Both the position numbers and the translations under genes were made by a program. Below the pieces are notes generated by a model. That model searched no databases. It saw only the letters and a program-made list of their open reading frames with translations, and was not told the origin of the DNA. This document shows positions 29,110 to 41,884 of a DNA stretch of 64,000 nucleotides, one piece after another. This DNA comes from Terriglobia bacterium (lineage in GTDB: Bacteria; Acidobacteriota; Terriglobia; 20CM-2-55-15): the NCBI GenBank assembly GCA_965218585.1, contig CBDCLE010000017.1, forward strand, positions 192,001 through 256,000, given 5' to 3'. Position 1 is the first letter of the stretch. Every line of letters starts with the position of its first letter.

Positions 29110-29136
29110 TAGAATGAACGTTCCAAAACTAGTCAA
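29110..29136 (-). promoter_or_regulatory. Putative TetR operator/promoter upstream of the MBL gene
   Basis: Minus strand TTGACTAGTTTTGGAACGTTCATTCTA; shares TTTTGGAACG(A/T)TCA(G/T)TC with the site in the tetR promoter. Confidence 0.5.
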
Positions 29137-29149
29137 AAAATATATGCGC

Positions 29150-29734
29150 TTACTTCAGTGCTGAAACTGCGATGTCGACGACGTCTTGCAGTTCCCTTCG
29201 GCTGTGGGCCGACTTGCCCAAGACCATCAATCCTTGGATCGTCGCGATCACGAATCGAGTTTGGGCGCGCGTGTTCGTGCGCGGTGGAAGTTCGTCCGCT
29301 TTCACAGCGCGGTCCAGCGTTTCACGGACCAGGTTGCCGATCTGCCGAAACACTCCCTTTAGCGTTTTCGCCACCATAGGATCCCGGGGTGATAACTCGA
29401 CGGCGCAGTTTGTGACCATGCAACCCCACTGATGGCCGTCGCTGGCGAGCGTCGCAACCTCATTGAGCATGGTTCGGACGTTTCCCAAAGGGGAACCGGG
29501 TGCTTTGAGCACCGTCTTCCATCGCTTGCTAAGCCCAGTGACGTAATGATCGAACGCTGCCTCGAACAGCGCGTGTTTGTCGCCGAACGTGTCGTACATG
29601 CTGCCGCGGTTGATCCCCATCGCGTTGAGCAGGTCCTGGACACTGGTGGCATCGTAGCCTTTAGCCCAGAAGGTTTCCATGGCCTTCCCCAGAGCCTCTT
29701 CCCGCTCAAACTGTCTTGGTCTTCCGACTACCAT
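29150..29734 (-). CDS. TetR/AcrR-family regulator
   Basis: GRPRQF...FWAKGYDATS...GINRGSMYDTFGDK, and GCMVTN. Confidence 0.9.
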   Translation of the reverse strand: MVVGRPRQFEREEALGKAMETFWAKGYDATSVQDLLNAMGINRGSMYDTFGDKHALFEAAFDHYVTGLSKRWKTVLKAPGSPLGNVRTMLNEVATLASDGHQWGCMVTNCAVELSPRDPMVAKTLKGVFRQIGNLVRETLDRAVKADELPPRTNTRAQTRFVIATIQGLMVLGKSAHSRRELQDVVDIAVSALK

Positions 29735-29770
29735 GGCCCAGAGCTTACACATTTTGGAACGATCAGTCAA
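29735..29770 (-). promoter_or_regulatory. tetR promoter, likely leaderless and autoregulated
   Basis: TTGACT-17bp-TAAGCT-7bp-ATG; operator-like dyad lies within the spacer. Confidence 0.55.
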
Positions 29771-30152
29771 CAACTATCTGACAAGCTTCTAAGCAATGAG
29801 GTGGCACCTCAAAACTGATAGACGTTCGATGCGGAGTGGATCGCATTGAAACCATTTTCGTAGGTCAGTCTCTGCGGGCAGCCAAGCCATGCTGTTTCAT
29901 TCAAGGAGATCACGAGCCCGTACTGGCTAAACGAGCGACGGCTTCGGGATCACAAGATTACGCTTATTGGAGAAAAGATCACCCGAGCCGCTACTGAAGG
30001 ACCCATGAGACCAATCGGTGGCAAGGAGTAGCGAGCGAACCACTCAAATTGCAAAGTCGGCAGACCTTCCGCAGCCACACGGACGTATAACCGGCTACAC
30101 GTCAAGCTCCAAAATGCCCGAGCATTTATAGGCGTTTCGAACAGTTCAGACT

Positions 30153-30850
30153 TCATCGCTTTTTAACGTCCATCTTTTTCATCCGTGACGTGAGCGTCGT
30201 CGGTTTGATGCCGAGCATCTTTGCCGCACCATCAGGTCCGTAAACGCGCCAATTGGTCTGTTTCAGTGCCCGGAGGGTGTTCTCCCGCTCGAGGCGGCGT
30301 AAAGCGGTCTCCGTGATCACGTCCGTGGTCTCCCTTGGACCGGACTGATTAGCCATATCAGCTGTCGATCCACCCATTGCCAGGTTCAGGTCAAACCCCT
30401 TACCACGCTGCGTGATCAGCGTTCGCTCTAGAACGTTTTCCAATTCCCGCACATTGCCGGGCCAGTCGAAGGCTTGAAGGGTTCGTACCTCATCCGCTCT
30501 CAACGCTCGGACCGGTCGATTCAATTTCCGCGACAGACGTTCCAGCCAGTGCGTGGCCAGGAGCGAGATGTCCTCTCTACGGTGCCTCAGAGGAGGGACT
30601 TCGATAGGGAAAACGTTGAGTCGATAATACAGGTCTTGCCGGAATCGCTCCGCTTGGATCTCATGTTTGAGGTTCCGATTCGTGGCAGCTATGACTCGGA
30701 CATCAATCTTATGGGTCTTTCCCTCACCCAGGCGTTCGTATTCCCCTTCTTGCAGCACGCGGAGCAACTTGCTCTGCATCTCTAGCGGGATTTCACCAAC
30801 CTCATCCAGAAACAAGGTGCCTTCATCAGCAAGCTGGAACCGACCCGCTG
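30153..30850 (-). pseudogene. Sigma54-dependent activator (FhlA/NtrC-like), C-terminal fragment
   Basis: GTLFLDEVGE, FRQDLYYRLNV, WPGNVRELEN and Fis-type HTH; lacks GAFTGA and Walker A. Confidence 0.85.
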
Positions 30851-30871
30851 ACCCTGTGTGTTCTTTCCGGG

Positions 30872-31777
30872 ATCGCAACGTTTCTGGACAAGTTGAAGAG
30901 TCTTGGGATTTATGATCGTACGGCCATTGTCATTTCCGGGGATCACGGCATCAATATTCCCCCGTATGACCAGGTACAGCCGCCTTTCAACGCGAGTCTG
31001 TCTCCTGGGCTGAACGGTTCCGCGAGGCCGGCCTTGTTGATAAAGCCGATGAACCAATCGCAGTCGCTGAGGATCAGCGACGCGCCGACAAGCCTGTTGG
31101 ACGTTGCTGCTACAGCGTTAGAACTTGTTGGAATCGACAACAAGATGTATGGGCGGTCAGCGTATTCGATCGCGGATAACCAGCCGCGGCGGCGGCTCTT
31201 CACTCCATACTCGATCGCCGATCTCTGGGGCACCGACCCGGTACCATACGACGTTTACGAGGTGACCGGAGACGTCCGTGACGGCCGGAACTGGAAACTG
31301 ACGGGGATCGTGGTCAATCGGACGGCGCCAGCGGACTACCAGGAAGTCACGTACACTTCTGCGGGACCATTTCTTCGCGGCGCGCTCATGAGCCCGGATT
31401 CCGAGAGTGACGGCAGTTGGATCACGAGTCATCAGCTCGGTTTCATTGTCTCTCCGACAGCGGAAACCCGTGCTGTCGAGGAGTTGGCCTTGACTCTACA
31501 CATCCCGGACTGGATTCAAGAACAGTCCTTTACGCTGTCGATCAATGGTCAGATACTGGAGCGGAATATAGCCGTACCTGAAGTCCAGGATTTCTGGCAG
31601 GAGGTGGTGGTCGGAATACCGGCGGGTCGGATACAGGAGGGGGTGAACTTCGTGTCCGTTGAGTTCGAGACGGTCGGGGTTTCGCCGGATCCTCAACTGT
31701 TCAGGGCATCCGCACTAGTGAGGTCGATCGTCTTCAGGCAGAAGTCGGAGGAAGCCTCTTTGCCCGGAGGCGCCTGA
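30872..31777 (+). pseudogene. Sulfatase/alkaline-phosphatase superfamily, C-terminal fragment
   Basis: FLDKLKSLGIYDRTAIVISGDHG and SLLDVAATAL; N-terminus missing. Confidence 0.7.
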
Positions 31778-31811
31778 CGGACGGAGAGACCGATGTTGCA
31801 GGGCAACGCCC

Positions 31812-31990
31812 GAGGTGGTGGAGGCCAAGGCCGCAGCGACGGTGATAGCAGCCGATTTGCGCGGCCTAAGCAAGCTTGCGAAAGCTTCCGGCACGTGCTT
31901 TGCCGGTGGCGTAGTGCTCTATGACGGCGAGACCGCCACGCGGATCCGCAACGGCCTTTATGCCGTGCCGATCCACTGATTGTGGAACAC
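31812..31990 (+). pseudogene. DUF4143-type ATP-binding protein, C-terminal relic
   Basis: VVEAKAAATVIAADLRGL...FAGGVVLYDGE...LYAVPI. Confidence 0.6.
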
Positions 31991-32387
31991 TTCATGCGCG
32001 CCTTCACTGCATCTGTTGTGAAAGCCCTGCCCTCGCTTTGCTTGGCAGGTCACCACGCATCTGGCAAAAGTCTGTTATCGGTGGGTTTGGGGTTTTCTCG
32101 CGGTGATGTAGATCAGCGGCGTTCTTACTGGTCCAGATCGATGGGAACGACCGGCAACGCGGACATGGAGGTCGTGCTGAGCCTAAGGCCCATAGGAATC
32201 AGGGATCCGTCATTTTCGCGCCCAACGGTGTTGTTTTTCACGTACAGCAGAAGGCAACCTTGAAACCCACCGGAGAAGTCCCATGAAGGGAACCATTCTT
32301 GAAGCATCAGTGCCGAATGTAAAAACGTATCGCCGTACTTCTCGGCATAGCAAATCGTGTCGTGGCCCTCTGAATTCCGGAAGTCCT

Positions 32388-32476
32388 GGCCGTCTAGCCC
32401 GTCTATCAACACGTCCAGTATAGCTATGTAGCCTGTCTGGATGGCTAGCCCGTCTAATATGATAGGCTTGGTAGCC
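32388..32476 (+). repeat. Short repeats upstream of parA2 (candidate centromere/operator)
   Basis: ctagcccgtcta at 32394 and 32445; variant tagcctgtct at 32429. Confidence 0.45.
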
Positions 32477-33118
32477 ATGTTCACGGTTGCACTTATCAGC
32501 CGGAAGGGCGGTGCAGGGAAGACAACACTCGCGTGCGGGCTGGCCGTCGCTGGCGAACGGGCTGGGTTCGCCACTGCGCTGGTGGACCTCGACCCTCAGG
32601 GTTCGGCCTCAGCGTGGGCCAGTCTCCGCGCCACCAACACCCCTGTCGTCATCATGGGGAATGCCACCCAACTGCCTGCACTTCTTGCAGCGGCCCGTGA
32701 TGCTGATGCCTCTCTAGTCCTGATCGACACCGCCCCACACTCCACCGATGCGGCTCTCACGGCTGCCCAAGCCTCTGATTTGGTCCTCATCCCCTGCCGC
32801 GCCTCGGTCGCCGACCTGCATGCGATCGGGACCAGTATCGAAATCGCCCGCCAGGCTGGGACCGCTGCTGCTGTGGTCCTGAATGCGGCTCCGGTGCAAG
32901 GATCTCTTGTGGTCCAAGCTCGGGCCGCCATCGCCGCCTACGAGGTCAAGATGGTGCCCACAGTCCTACACCACAGGATCGGCCACGTGCATGCTTTTAC
33001 CGACGGACTCTCTGCACTCGAACTCGCGCGGCCTAGCAAGGCCGGAACCGAACTTGACGCGTTATTCCACTGGGTGCATAACGGAGGATTACACCGCAAT
33101 GACCAGATCCAATCTTGA
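32477..33118 (+). CDS. parA: Type Ib ParA ATPase, copy 2
   Basis: RKGGAGKTT, VDLDPQGS and LIDTAP motifs. Confidence 0.88.
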   Translation: MFTVALISRKGGAGKTTLACGLAVAGERAGFATALVDLDPQGSASAWASLRATNTPVVIMGNATQLPALLAAARDADASLVLIDTAPHSTDAALTAAQASDLVLIPCRASVADLHAIGTSIEIARQAGTAAAVVLNAAPVQGSLVVQARAAIAAYEVKMVPTVLHHRIGHVHAFTDGLSALELARPSKAGTELDALFHWVHNGGLHRNDQIQS

Positions 33119-33320
33119 AACCGCGCTCGAACGCGCCAAACGCTCCACCCCTGCCTCTGCTACACGGGCCTCGCGGGTCGGCAAGAAGGGTATGCTGATT
33201 CACATCGACCCGGCGTTGTCCCGACACCTGAAGCACCTTGCGCTTGACGAAGACAAGACCCTGCAGCAACTCGGAGTTGAAGCCCTTGAGATGTTGCTCG
33301 CGTCTCGATCCAAAATCTGA
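33099..33320 (+). CDS. Ribbon-helix-helix partition adaptor
   Basis: Overlaps the parA2 stop; SRVGKKGMLIHIDPALSRHLKHLALDEDKTLQQLGVEAL. Confidence 0.75.
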   Translation: MTRSNLETALERAKRSTPASATRASRVGKKGMLIHIDPALSRHLKHLALDEDKTLQQLGVEALEMLLASRSKI

Positions 33321-33391
33321 AACTGGCATCCCTCTGTGGTTGTCTTGTTTGCGGACCTGATTCGGAATACAGCTCATGTATAGGGAGGATC

Positions 33392-34315
33392 ATGGGATAC
33401 AAACAGCCCGCGATGACCACTGACGGGCGGCGACACTTCACCATCTTCGATCAGGTGGACCAGTTGGTAGCGGCCAGCGAAGCGGACGCCGCCGTGGGCT
33501 TTATGGCGCGGATGATGGTGTTGTGCTCATTGCCGCGCACCAACCCCGGCAACCGGAAAGAGTACAAGCGCGTCAACGGTCCCTACACGCTCTACATGAA
33601 CGCGGTCGGTGGCTCTAAGCTCCCCTTCGGCAACATCCCCCGCCTGTTGCTGGCTTGGCTCTCGACCGAAGCTGTGCGAACCCAAAACCGCGAGATCGTT
33701 TTAGGAAAATCGCTTTCCGAGTTCATGCGGTCATTGGGTGTCTTGAGTAGTGACAGCGGTGGAGCAAGCGGCATCCGCACTAGGCTCCGCAACCAGATGC
33801 GGCGGCTCTTTAGCGCCCATGTACGGTTGGTCTACGAAGACAAGCATGGAGAGCAATTCGTTTCATTGGCTATCGCCGACCGGGGCGAGTTTTGGTGGAA
33901 CGAGCGTAAGCCCGATCAGCCCGTGCTGTGGGAGAGCAAAATCTATCTAGGGGAGCAGTTCTTTAACGAGATCATCCGCCACCCCGTACCGATTGACATG
34001 AACACCCTCAAGGCGCTCAAACGATCTACGTTGGGTCTCGATCTCTACCTGTGGCTCATCTACCGGACCTTCGCGCTCCGTGCTCCGCAACCGCTCACAT
34101 GGAAGCAGTTGTACCAGCAGTTCGGAGCACACCCGGCCAAAGTCAGCGACAACAGCACTGTTCAAGCCTTCCGTTACAAGGTTCTCCGCGAATTGAAGAA
34201 GATCAAGCTGGCCTGGCCGGAGTTGAACTACGCAACGGCTCCGGGTGTCCTGATCCTACATCCCTCGACACCGGCAATCCCACCGGCACCCGAACCGCTA
34301 CGCCTCGTTGAATAG
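33392..34315 (+). CDS. repA: Plasmid-type replication initiator RepA (RepA_C family), copy 2
   Basis: Clear paralog of 18563-19489 (LCSLPRTNPGN, STEAVRTQNRE, IADRGEFWW, HPVPIDMNTLK). Confidence 0.88.
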   Translation: MGYKQPAMTTDGRRHFTIFDQVDQLVAASEADAAVGFMARMMVLCSLPRTNPGNRKEYKRVNGPYTLYMNAVGGSKLPFGNIPRLLLAWLSTEAVRTQNREIVLGKSLSEFMRSLGVLSSDSGGASGIRTRLRNQMRRLFSAHVRLVYEDKHGEQFVSLAIADRGEFWWNERKPDQPVLWESKIYLGEQFFNEIIRHPVPIDMNTLKALKRSTLGLDLYLWLIYRTFALRAPQPLTWKQLYQQFGAHPAKVSDNSTVQAFRYKVLRELKKIKLAWPELNYATAPGVLILHPSTPAIPPAPEPLRLVE

Positions 34316-34375
34316 CCTTTCCCGGCCTCTCAGCGGCCCGTCAGCAGGCTTTCCGCGTCAGGTTGGGCTCTATAG

Positions 34376-34507
34376 CCCGCATATTTCACCAATAGGACCA
34401 GAAAAGGCCGCCCTGTCTGGCATAAAGCGTTTTGAAATAAACGTTTAACAAGCCAAACGGAGACGGCCCTTATGAGAACAGAGTGTAACCAAACGACGTT
34501 CGAATTT
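34376..34507 (+). mobile_element. IS1380-family left-end relic
   Basis: End cccgcatatttcacc; ATG at 34472 gives MRTECNQTTFEF, a typical IS1380 transposase start, cut by IS256. Confidence 0.6.
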
Positions 34508-35584
34508 GAGGTCGTTCCAATCGGTGTGTAAAAAGAGAAGGCGGTGTACGCTTTCGGTGAATTCGAAACCGTAAGCAATCCCGGCAGCAATCGGGAGAAA
34601 GGTACACCACCCATGAAGAAGAAGAACATACCGGCATCAGTGGCGTCAACGAACGCGTATGAAGGTTTGGAGGACTGGGCGCGATCCCGGGTCCAAGTCT
34701 GGCTACAGGAGCTGCTCGAGGACGAAGTCACTCAATTTCTGGGTCGGGAAAAGTTGGAGCGGAGTCCGAATCGACGAGGATACCGGAACGGTCACGGGAA
34801 GCCGCGACGCTTCGCAATGATGAACGGTACGATGGAGGTTCGACGACCTCGGGTTCGAAACACCGCCGAGCGGTTCGAGAGTCAGATCCTGCCGTATTTT
34901 CGACGGAAATCGAAACAGCTGGGCGAGCTACTTCCCGATCTCTACCTCCACGGTCTGGCCACAGGGGACTTCGAGCAGGCCATGCGCGGACTGCTTGGCG
35001 CTGGCGCTCCGTTGTCGCGAGCATCGATCCAACGACTGAAATCGACCTGGCAGTTGGAGTATGACGAGTGGGTCCAGCAGGACCTGTCCGGCCTCGAGGT
35101 CGTGTACCAGTGGGCAGACGGCTTGTACGTGAAAGCCGGGGATCGCGAAAGAGCGAGCGGCATTGCTGGTGATCATCGGAGCCTTGTCAGACGGGCGCAA
35201 AGTGCTGTTGGCCTGTGAGAGCGGGCAGCGGGAAAGCAAGGAGTCCTGGAGCCGCATTCTGCGCAATCTCCAGAGACGGGGCCTGAAGCTGGGACGGCTG
35301 ACTGTCGCGGACGGTCACCTGGGCATCTGGTCCGCGCTGGCCGAGCAACAGCCCCAGGGCCAGGAACAACGCTGCTGGAACCACAAGTCGATCAACGTGG
35401 TCGATCATCTGCCGAAGACCGAGCAGCCCGCGGCCAGACAGCTGCTTCATGGGATGGCCTTCGCGAACTCCCGCGCGGCCTGCGAACGAAAGCGGGATCA
35501 GTTCGTCCGCCGATATGAGAAGAACTATCCCAAAGCGGGTGAGACGCTGTTGCGGGACTGGGACCGGATGATTACTTTCTATGA
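34508..35584 (+). mobile_element. IS256 copy 2, frameshifted and 3'-truncated
   Basis: Near-identical to 24289 onward; extra C near 35137; identity ends at ...ttctatga 35584. Confidence 0.92.
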
Positions 35585-35854
35585 CGCGGACACTGACCGG
35601 CCGGTTGGCAAACGCGGCCGGCACGCTGTAGCGATTACGCGCGAAGGCGATAAGGCAGGCCGGAGAAACACGCTTGGTGTGCTCGACAAAGCCATCGAAC
35701 GGCGTCGGCATGCGCATCAGATGCGCGTGCTCATCGGCCCAGACCTCGGCGACTGTACGCTGGGGCTGCTCCGGGTGATGGATCTCGTCCCAGAGACCCC
35801 GGCATCGCCGCTCAAGCCACACGTTGAACCGCCCCGGGAATCCCGGAGACCGTT

Positions 35855-37083
<1,229 letters not shown>

Positions 37084-38055
37084 GATGACTCCCATCCTCT
37101 CAAGAAATGGAGTCTCCGGAAAACCCGGGGCGGTTCACGTTCACGTCACGGAAGCCAGCAAACTCAGGCGCGTCATGGAACAGACGGGGCCGCGCGTCCC
37201 GGACGTTCTTCTCGATCTGGCCTTTCTCCCATCCGGCGCCAGGCGTGCAGAACTCCGCTTCGAACAGGAAATGGCTCACCATCGCCTTGAACCGGGCGTT
37301 GACCACCCGGGCCTTCCCTCGGCCCACTCGGTCCACCGCTGTCTTCATGTTGTCGTAGATGCCCCGCCGGGGCACACCGCCCAACGCCGCCAGACAATAG
37401 TTGTGGGCGTCGAACAGCATCTCGTGGGACTGTAGCGGATAAGCCCGCAGCATGAACGCCCGGCTGTGGCAGAGTTTGAACTGCGCCACCATCAGCTTCG
37501 TGCGTTCACCGCCGATGACCACCCAGTCCTCGCTCCAGTCGAACTGGAACGCTTCGCCGGGCGCAAACACCAGCGGCACGAACGTGTCCCGGCTCACCTT
37601 CGAGGCTTCTTGCTGTTGGCGCCGCCATACCCGCGCAAACGCCGCCACACGGTCATAGGACCCCGTGTAGCCAAGCTTCATCAACTCGCCGTGCAGCTGC
37701 TTGAGATTACGCCGCTCCTTGCGACCCCGGGCCGATTCCCGCTTCAGCCACGACGCCAGCAACTCGGCGTAGCCGTCCACTTTGCTCCGGCTCCTGCGCT
37801 TCGGATAGACCGCCTCCAGAGCGCCGTTCGCCAAGTGCTTCCGGATCGTATTACGCGACAGCTTCGTTCGCCTGCTGATCTCTCGAATCGATACGCCCTC
37901 TCGTACATGCCAGCGTCTGATCACACTCAATATCGCCACGTCTATCACTCCTTTGCCCTCCTGCTCTGTTAATCGGCAGGAATGGGTATACACGTGGGTC
38001 AAATTTCGATGCAAATACCCGCTTTAAGTGGATCAGTTTTGGGTGCAAATCAACA

Positions 38056-41000
38056 GTCGGGGTTCATGCGATAAAAAAACGTGCTCTTGGTCCATCCCGG
38101 ATCGATGCGATAGAGAGTGGAAAGCATCGGCGCCATACGCACCCGCGCTAGCTTGGCGGCCGGATCATCTCCCTCGGCAATCTTCTTGAAGTCCGAGCGA
38201 AGTCCACGCGGAAAGCCGGGATTCTCCGCGGCTGAAACGCGCGGGGTACCTTCTATCAGTTCGTTGTAAAGGATGTCTCCCAGAACTCCGCCGGCATCGT
38301 TGATAGCCGTGTTGAAATCAAAATCGTCCGGCGGATCATCGTCCTTCAGTGCAGCCCAAATCCGTCCCCATAGCTTCCGTCTCTGTTTCTTTCCGAGCCG
38401 CCGCCATGTGTCTTCGAGCCATCTTGCAGCCTGAATTGAAAGTTTAGCCACATTCTCCAGCGGCATGTCGATCAAGAGGCCCGCGACTTCACGCTCCATA
38501 GTGTTGGCGGCGTTTCCCTCTCCCGCCTGTAGGGATGCACCTAGGAGCGTACCCCACGGCTGAATCGGCCAGATTTCATTCTTCGCCGTGCCTTTCAGCA
38601 GTTTCACCGCGTCATTCCCATCGTCTGCCACGAACCGGTTCCAGCCTCCCCCACACTCCTCCCAAGGCATACCCATTTGCGTTTTCGACCATTGAATGAA
38701 TTTCTCGATGGACATGCTGGCGAAGTCCTCCAGCACGTCGGCAGTCCTTGGGTCAGCATCGCCGTCAGTGCCGCCAGGCAGGCGATCATAGACCTCTTGG
38801 GCCGATGTCGGCAGCACCGCTCCAGACTCCGTCAGCTTGTGTAGTCTCAGGCGAATCTCAGCGTCACGTAGACCGCTCCATTCATCGTCTGTGAGATCGT
38901 CGCGATACCACGACCGTGGTGGCCCTTTCAGAATCGCTTCGGTGAGGCGGTCGAGGCATCCTCCTCGAATATCATGTCCGCGCTTTCTCAAAAATCTCAG
39001 CGCTTCTCGCCGTGTTTGGTTGTCCCACAATGCCGGGTGCGGACCATCTAGAAGAATCTCCAGCCCGAGTTCCACGTCATGCATTCCGGCCTCCCGTGGT
39101 TGCATACAACGCTAGACGGCGGAACACTGGATAAGGCAGCGATTGCCAGCGTCTCACGAGGCGCGCTGCCGCGGCGTTGTCGCCGGTGAAGATGAGTGCG
39201 TCGTATGAGTCCCGGGTCAGTGCGATGAGTTGTGTCCAGACAGGCGTGAACATGTTCTGCTGTTCATGCGGACTGATGGACGGATATTTAATGTACGTGT
39301 TGTCCCAGTCTGATGCGGCCAGATCGAGTTCACGATGCCAGTCCATCGCCTCTCGCAAACGTGTCGTCAGCTCGTCCGCCATTGTGGCCAACGCGCCTTC
39401 CCAATCTTCGGCATTCTCCTGAACCTTTTGTACATCGAGATCGTTTTCAATCCCGACCAGCTCGATTCCTATTTCACAGAAATTCTTAGGGCGTTTCAGG
39501 TCCGGCTCCCCCAGATCCGTGAAATACGTCGGCATGACCTTGAACACCGGAATGGGTCGCAGCCTGTTTAGAAAACACCATCTGGCATAAGCATCACCGG
39601 GCCCAAGGCGGAGGTGGCTGGAATTGAGAAAGGATCGACTTTGATGCTTTTCCGAGAGCGCATGTGCATAACCGTCGTTCGCAAGGATCCGCCAGATTTT
39701 TCGGAAGGCCGGACGAATTGGATATTTGTCGTTATTCAGTCGGACCCGAATCACCCGACGAAGTTCGGCATGCAACACGGCCCCTTCAGACAGGGCCCAG
39801 TCGAGCGCCCGTTGGCTATCGAGAGAGTTCGCAACCCAGCGACCTAGGGCGTGTTAACACTAACGTAGTGCCTCGACGATGAGTGCGAAGTGAAGGAAGG
39901 CGAGGAACATGACGTCGAGTTTATCGAAACGGGAGAAGATACGCCGAAAACCCTTGAGTCGGCGGAAGAGCCTCTCGACTTCGTTCCTGCGGCGGTAGAG
40001 CACGCGGTCGTATTCCCACGGCTCCAGGCGGTTGCGCTTGGGCGGCACGACGGGAATCCACCCAAAATCCAGAGCCAATTGGCGGGTCTGGTCGTCCTGG
40101 TAGGCACGGTCCATCAGCAGCGGCAGCGGCGCGGGCAACGGCCCCAGGCCGGCGAGCAGATCGCGGCCCTGCGGGGCGTCGTGCGCTTGGCCGGGCGAGA
40201 GCGCAAACGTTATCGCCGTTCGAGCATTCGCGGCAACCAGATGAATCTTGGTGGTCCATCCACCGCGGGATTTGCCGATCGCTTGCGGACCGTTTTTTTT
40301 AACGCTCCCGTGCCGTCGGGATGCACCTTCACAATGGTCGAGTCCATCGAAACGGCTTCCACCCGGATGCGCACCAGTTGCTCGCGCTGGAGTTTTTCGA
40401 AGACGGCGTCGAGCACCCCGTTCTTGGACCAGCGGTTCATCCGGGTGTAGATGGTGTGCCAGTTGCCAAAGCGCTTGGGCAGACCGCGCCACTTGCAGCC
40501 CTGCTCAGCCACATACAAAATGGCGTTCAAGACCGTCAGGTTCGAAAGACTGACGTTGCCCCGCTGACGCGGCAGTTCCGGCTCGATGCGACAATACTGC
40601 TCCTGTGTGATCTCCATGCCTGATTATAAAACATTCATGCTCATTAGTGTTAACACGCTCTAGTTCGAACGTAACTTTGTGGAGGGCGATATGATCGGAC
40701 AGCCGTAGCGAGGCTAATGATGCGGCGACGGGATTCCCATTATCGGTTTCAGAAATGGCTAACCCCAACAGACGCTCCTTTTGTAGAGGAGCGATCCAGC
40801 CCGGATTCGGACAGCTTTCACCCGTCTGACCTGCAAAATATCTTGCGACCTCAACACCCTTGAGCGCCCAGGCCATCTCTCGGATAGCAGGGTCGTTTTC
40901 GCCGACGGGCAGGACCTGACTAAGCCGTTCCACCTTTTGCTTACGCCCCATGATGCCTTGACGATGATCATCAGCCCAGTCTTTCAAGGTCCGCCAAAGC

Positions 41001-41884
41001 TGCTGGTGGTCATCGGCGGTATCGTACGAAAGCGGCTTTATCCCCTTGAGTGTCCATTGCTGTTCGGCTTCTGCAGCGGTCGCTGCTTCTTCGTCGCCGC
41101 CATACGGTGCAAAAGCACAAGGCTCCTTGAATTGTTGTGGGTTTTCCCATCTCGCCGCCGCCAGAGCACTTACCAGATAGCGCATCGTCGGATCTTCAAC
41201 GCTGTAGCCGATAAAGACGACGCGGTAATGCCGGAACAGTTCCACCGCAAACCTGAGCGCCCATCCTTCCAACATGTAGGCCATACCGAAATCGGCCGTC
41301 GTCAAGACGAGCTGTCGGTCATGCGGACTACTCTTCAGTTTGCCGTGCACATATACCAATCCTTGAAAGGTCTCCGGCCTAGCCGGTGGCAAAGCCGGGG
41401 CAACATGCACGGCCATGCGATGGCCCAGACCTTCCTGTCTTCGCAATTTTGCTTGTGCCTGCTCGAAGAAGTGGTCGAAATTTGTTGTGACTAGGCGACC
41501 GCGCTCCGTGTCGAGATCTGCCAATCGGGCCAAAACCAAATGTTTCTCTAGGGTTTTTGTTCTCGGCGTCGATAGGTACTGGCGTACTTTGTCGCGTACG
41601 ACCTTCGGTTCGTAACCGCCTTCACCGGGGGATTCCAAAATGCCCAGCGCCTCGTCGTACCTATGATTTCTGAAAGCTCGCCATGCCAGTGCCTCCATAG
41701 ACCCTGGCGTGCAAACATCTTCACCAGGAAGCATGTCCGTCAGGACGCAACTGGTCAATCCCTTGAAGCTTGTCAGTCCCGCGGGCATGGATACGCCCGC
41801 CCCGCAGAAAAACACAATTTCACCGTCTTCATGGCCTTGCCGAAGTTCTTCAGGAATTAAGTCCATGCACTTTTCGTCCGTCAC
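38056..41884 (-). pseudogene. SIR2-domain anti-phage protein, Dsr1-like; split by IS5, frameshifted, truncated by IS21
   Basis: IPEELRQGHEDGEIVFFCGAGVS, TTNFD, YVHG and FIGYSVEDP. Removing IS5 restores the frame (FELGRWVANSL); frameshift near 39090; ends at the IS21 terminus. Confidence 0.8.
39848..40659 (-). mobile_element. IS5-family (IS427-group-like) element with two ORFs (40210-40617, 39860-40290) joined at a slippery A-run
   Basis: TIRs gcgtgttaacactaa; CTAG duplication (39844-39847, 40660-40663); A8 run near 40293-40300; DSTIVKVH, MDRAY and RNEVERLF motifs. Confidence 0.9.
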
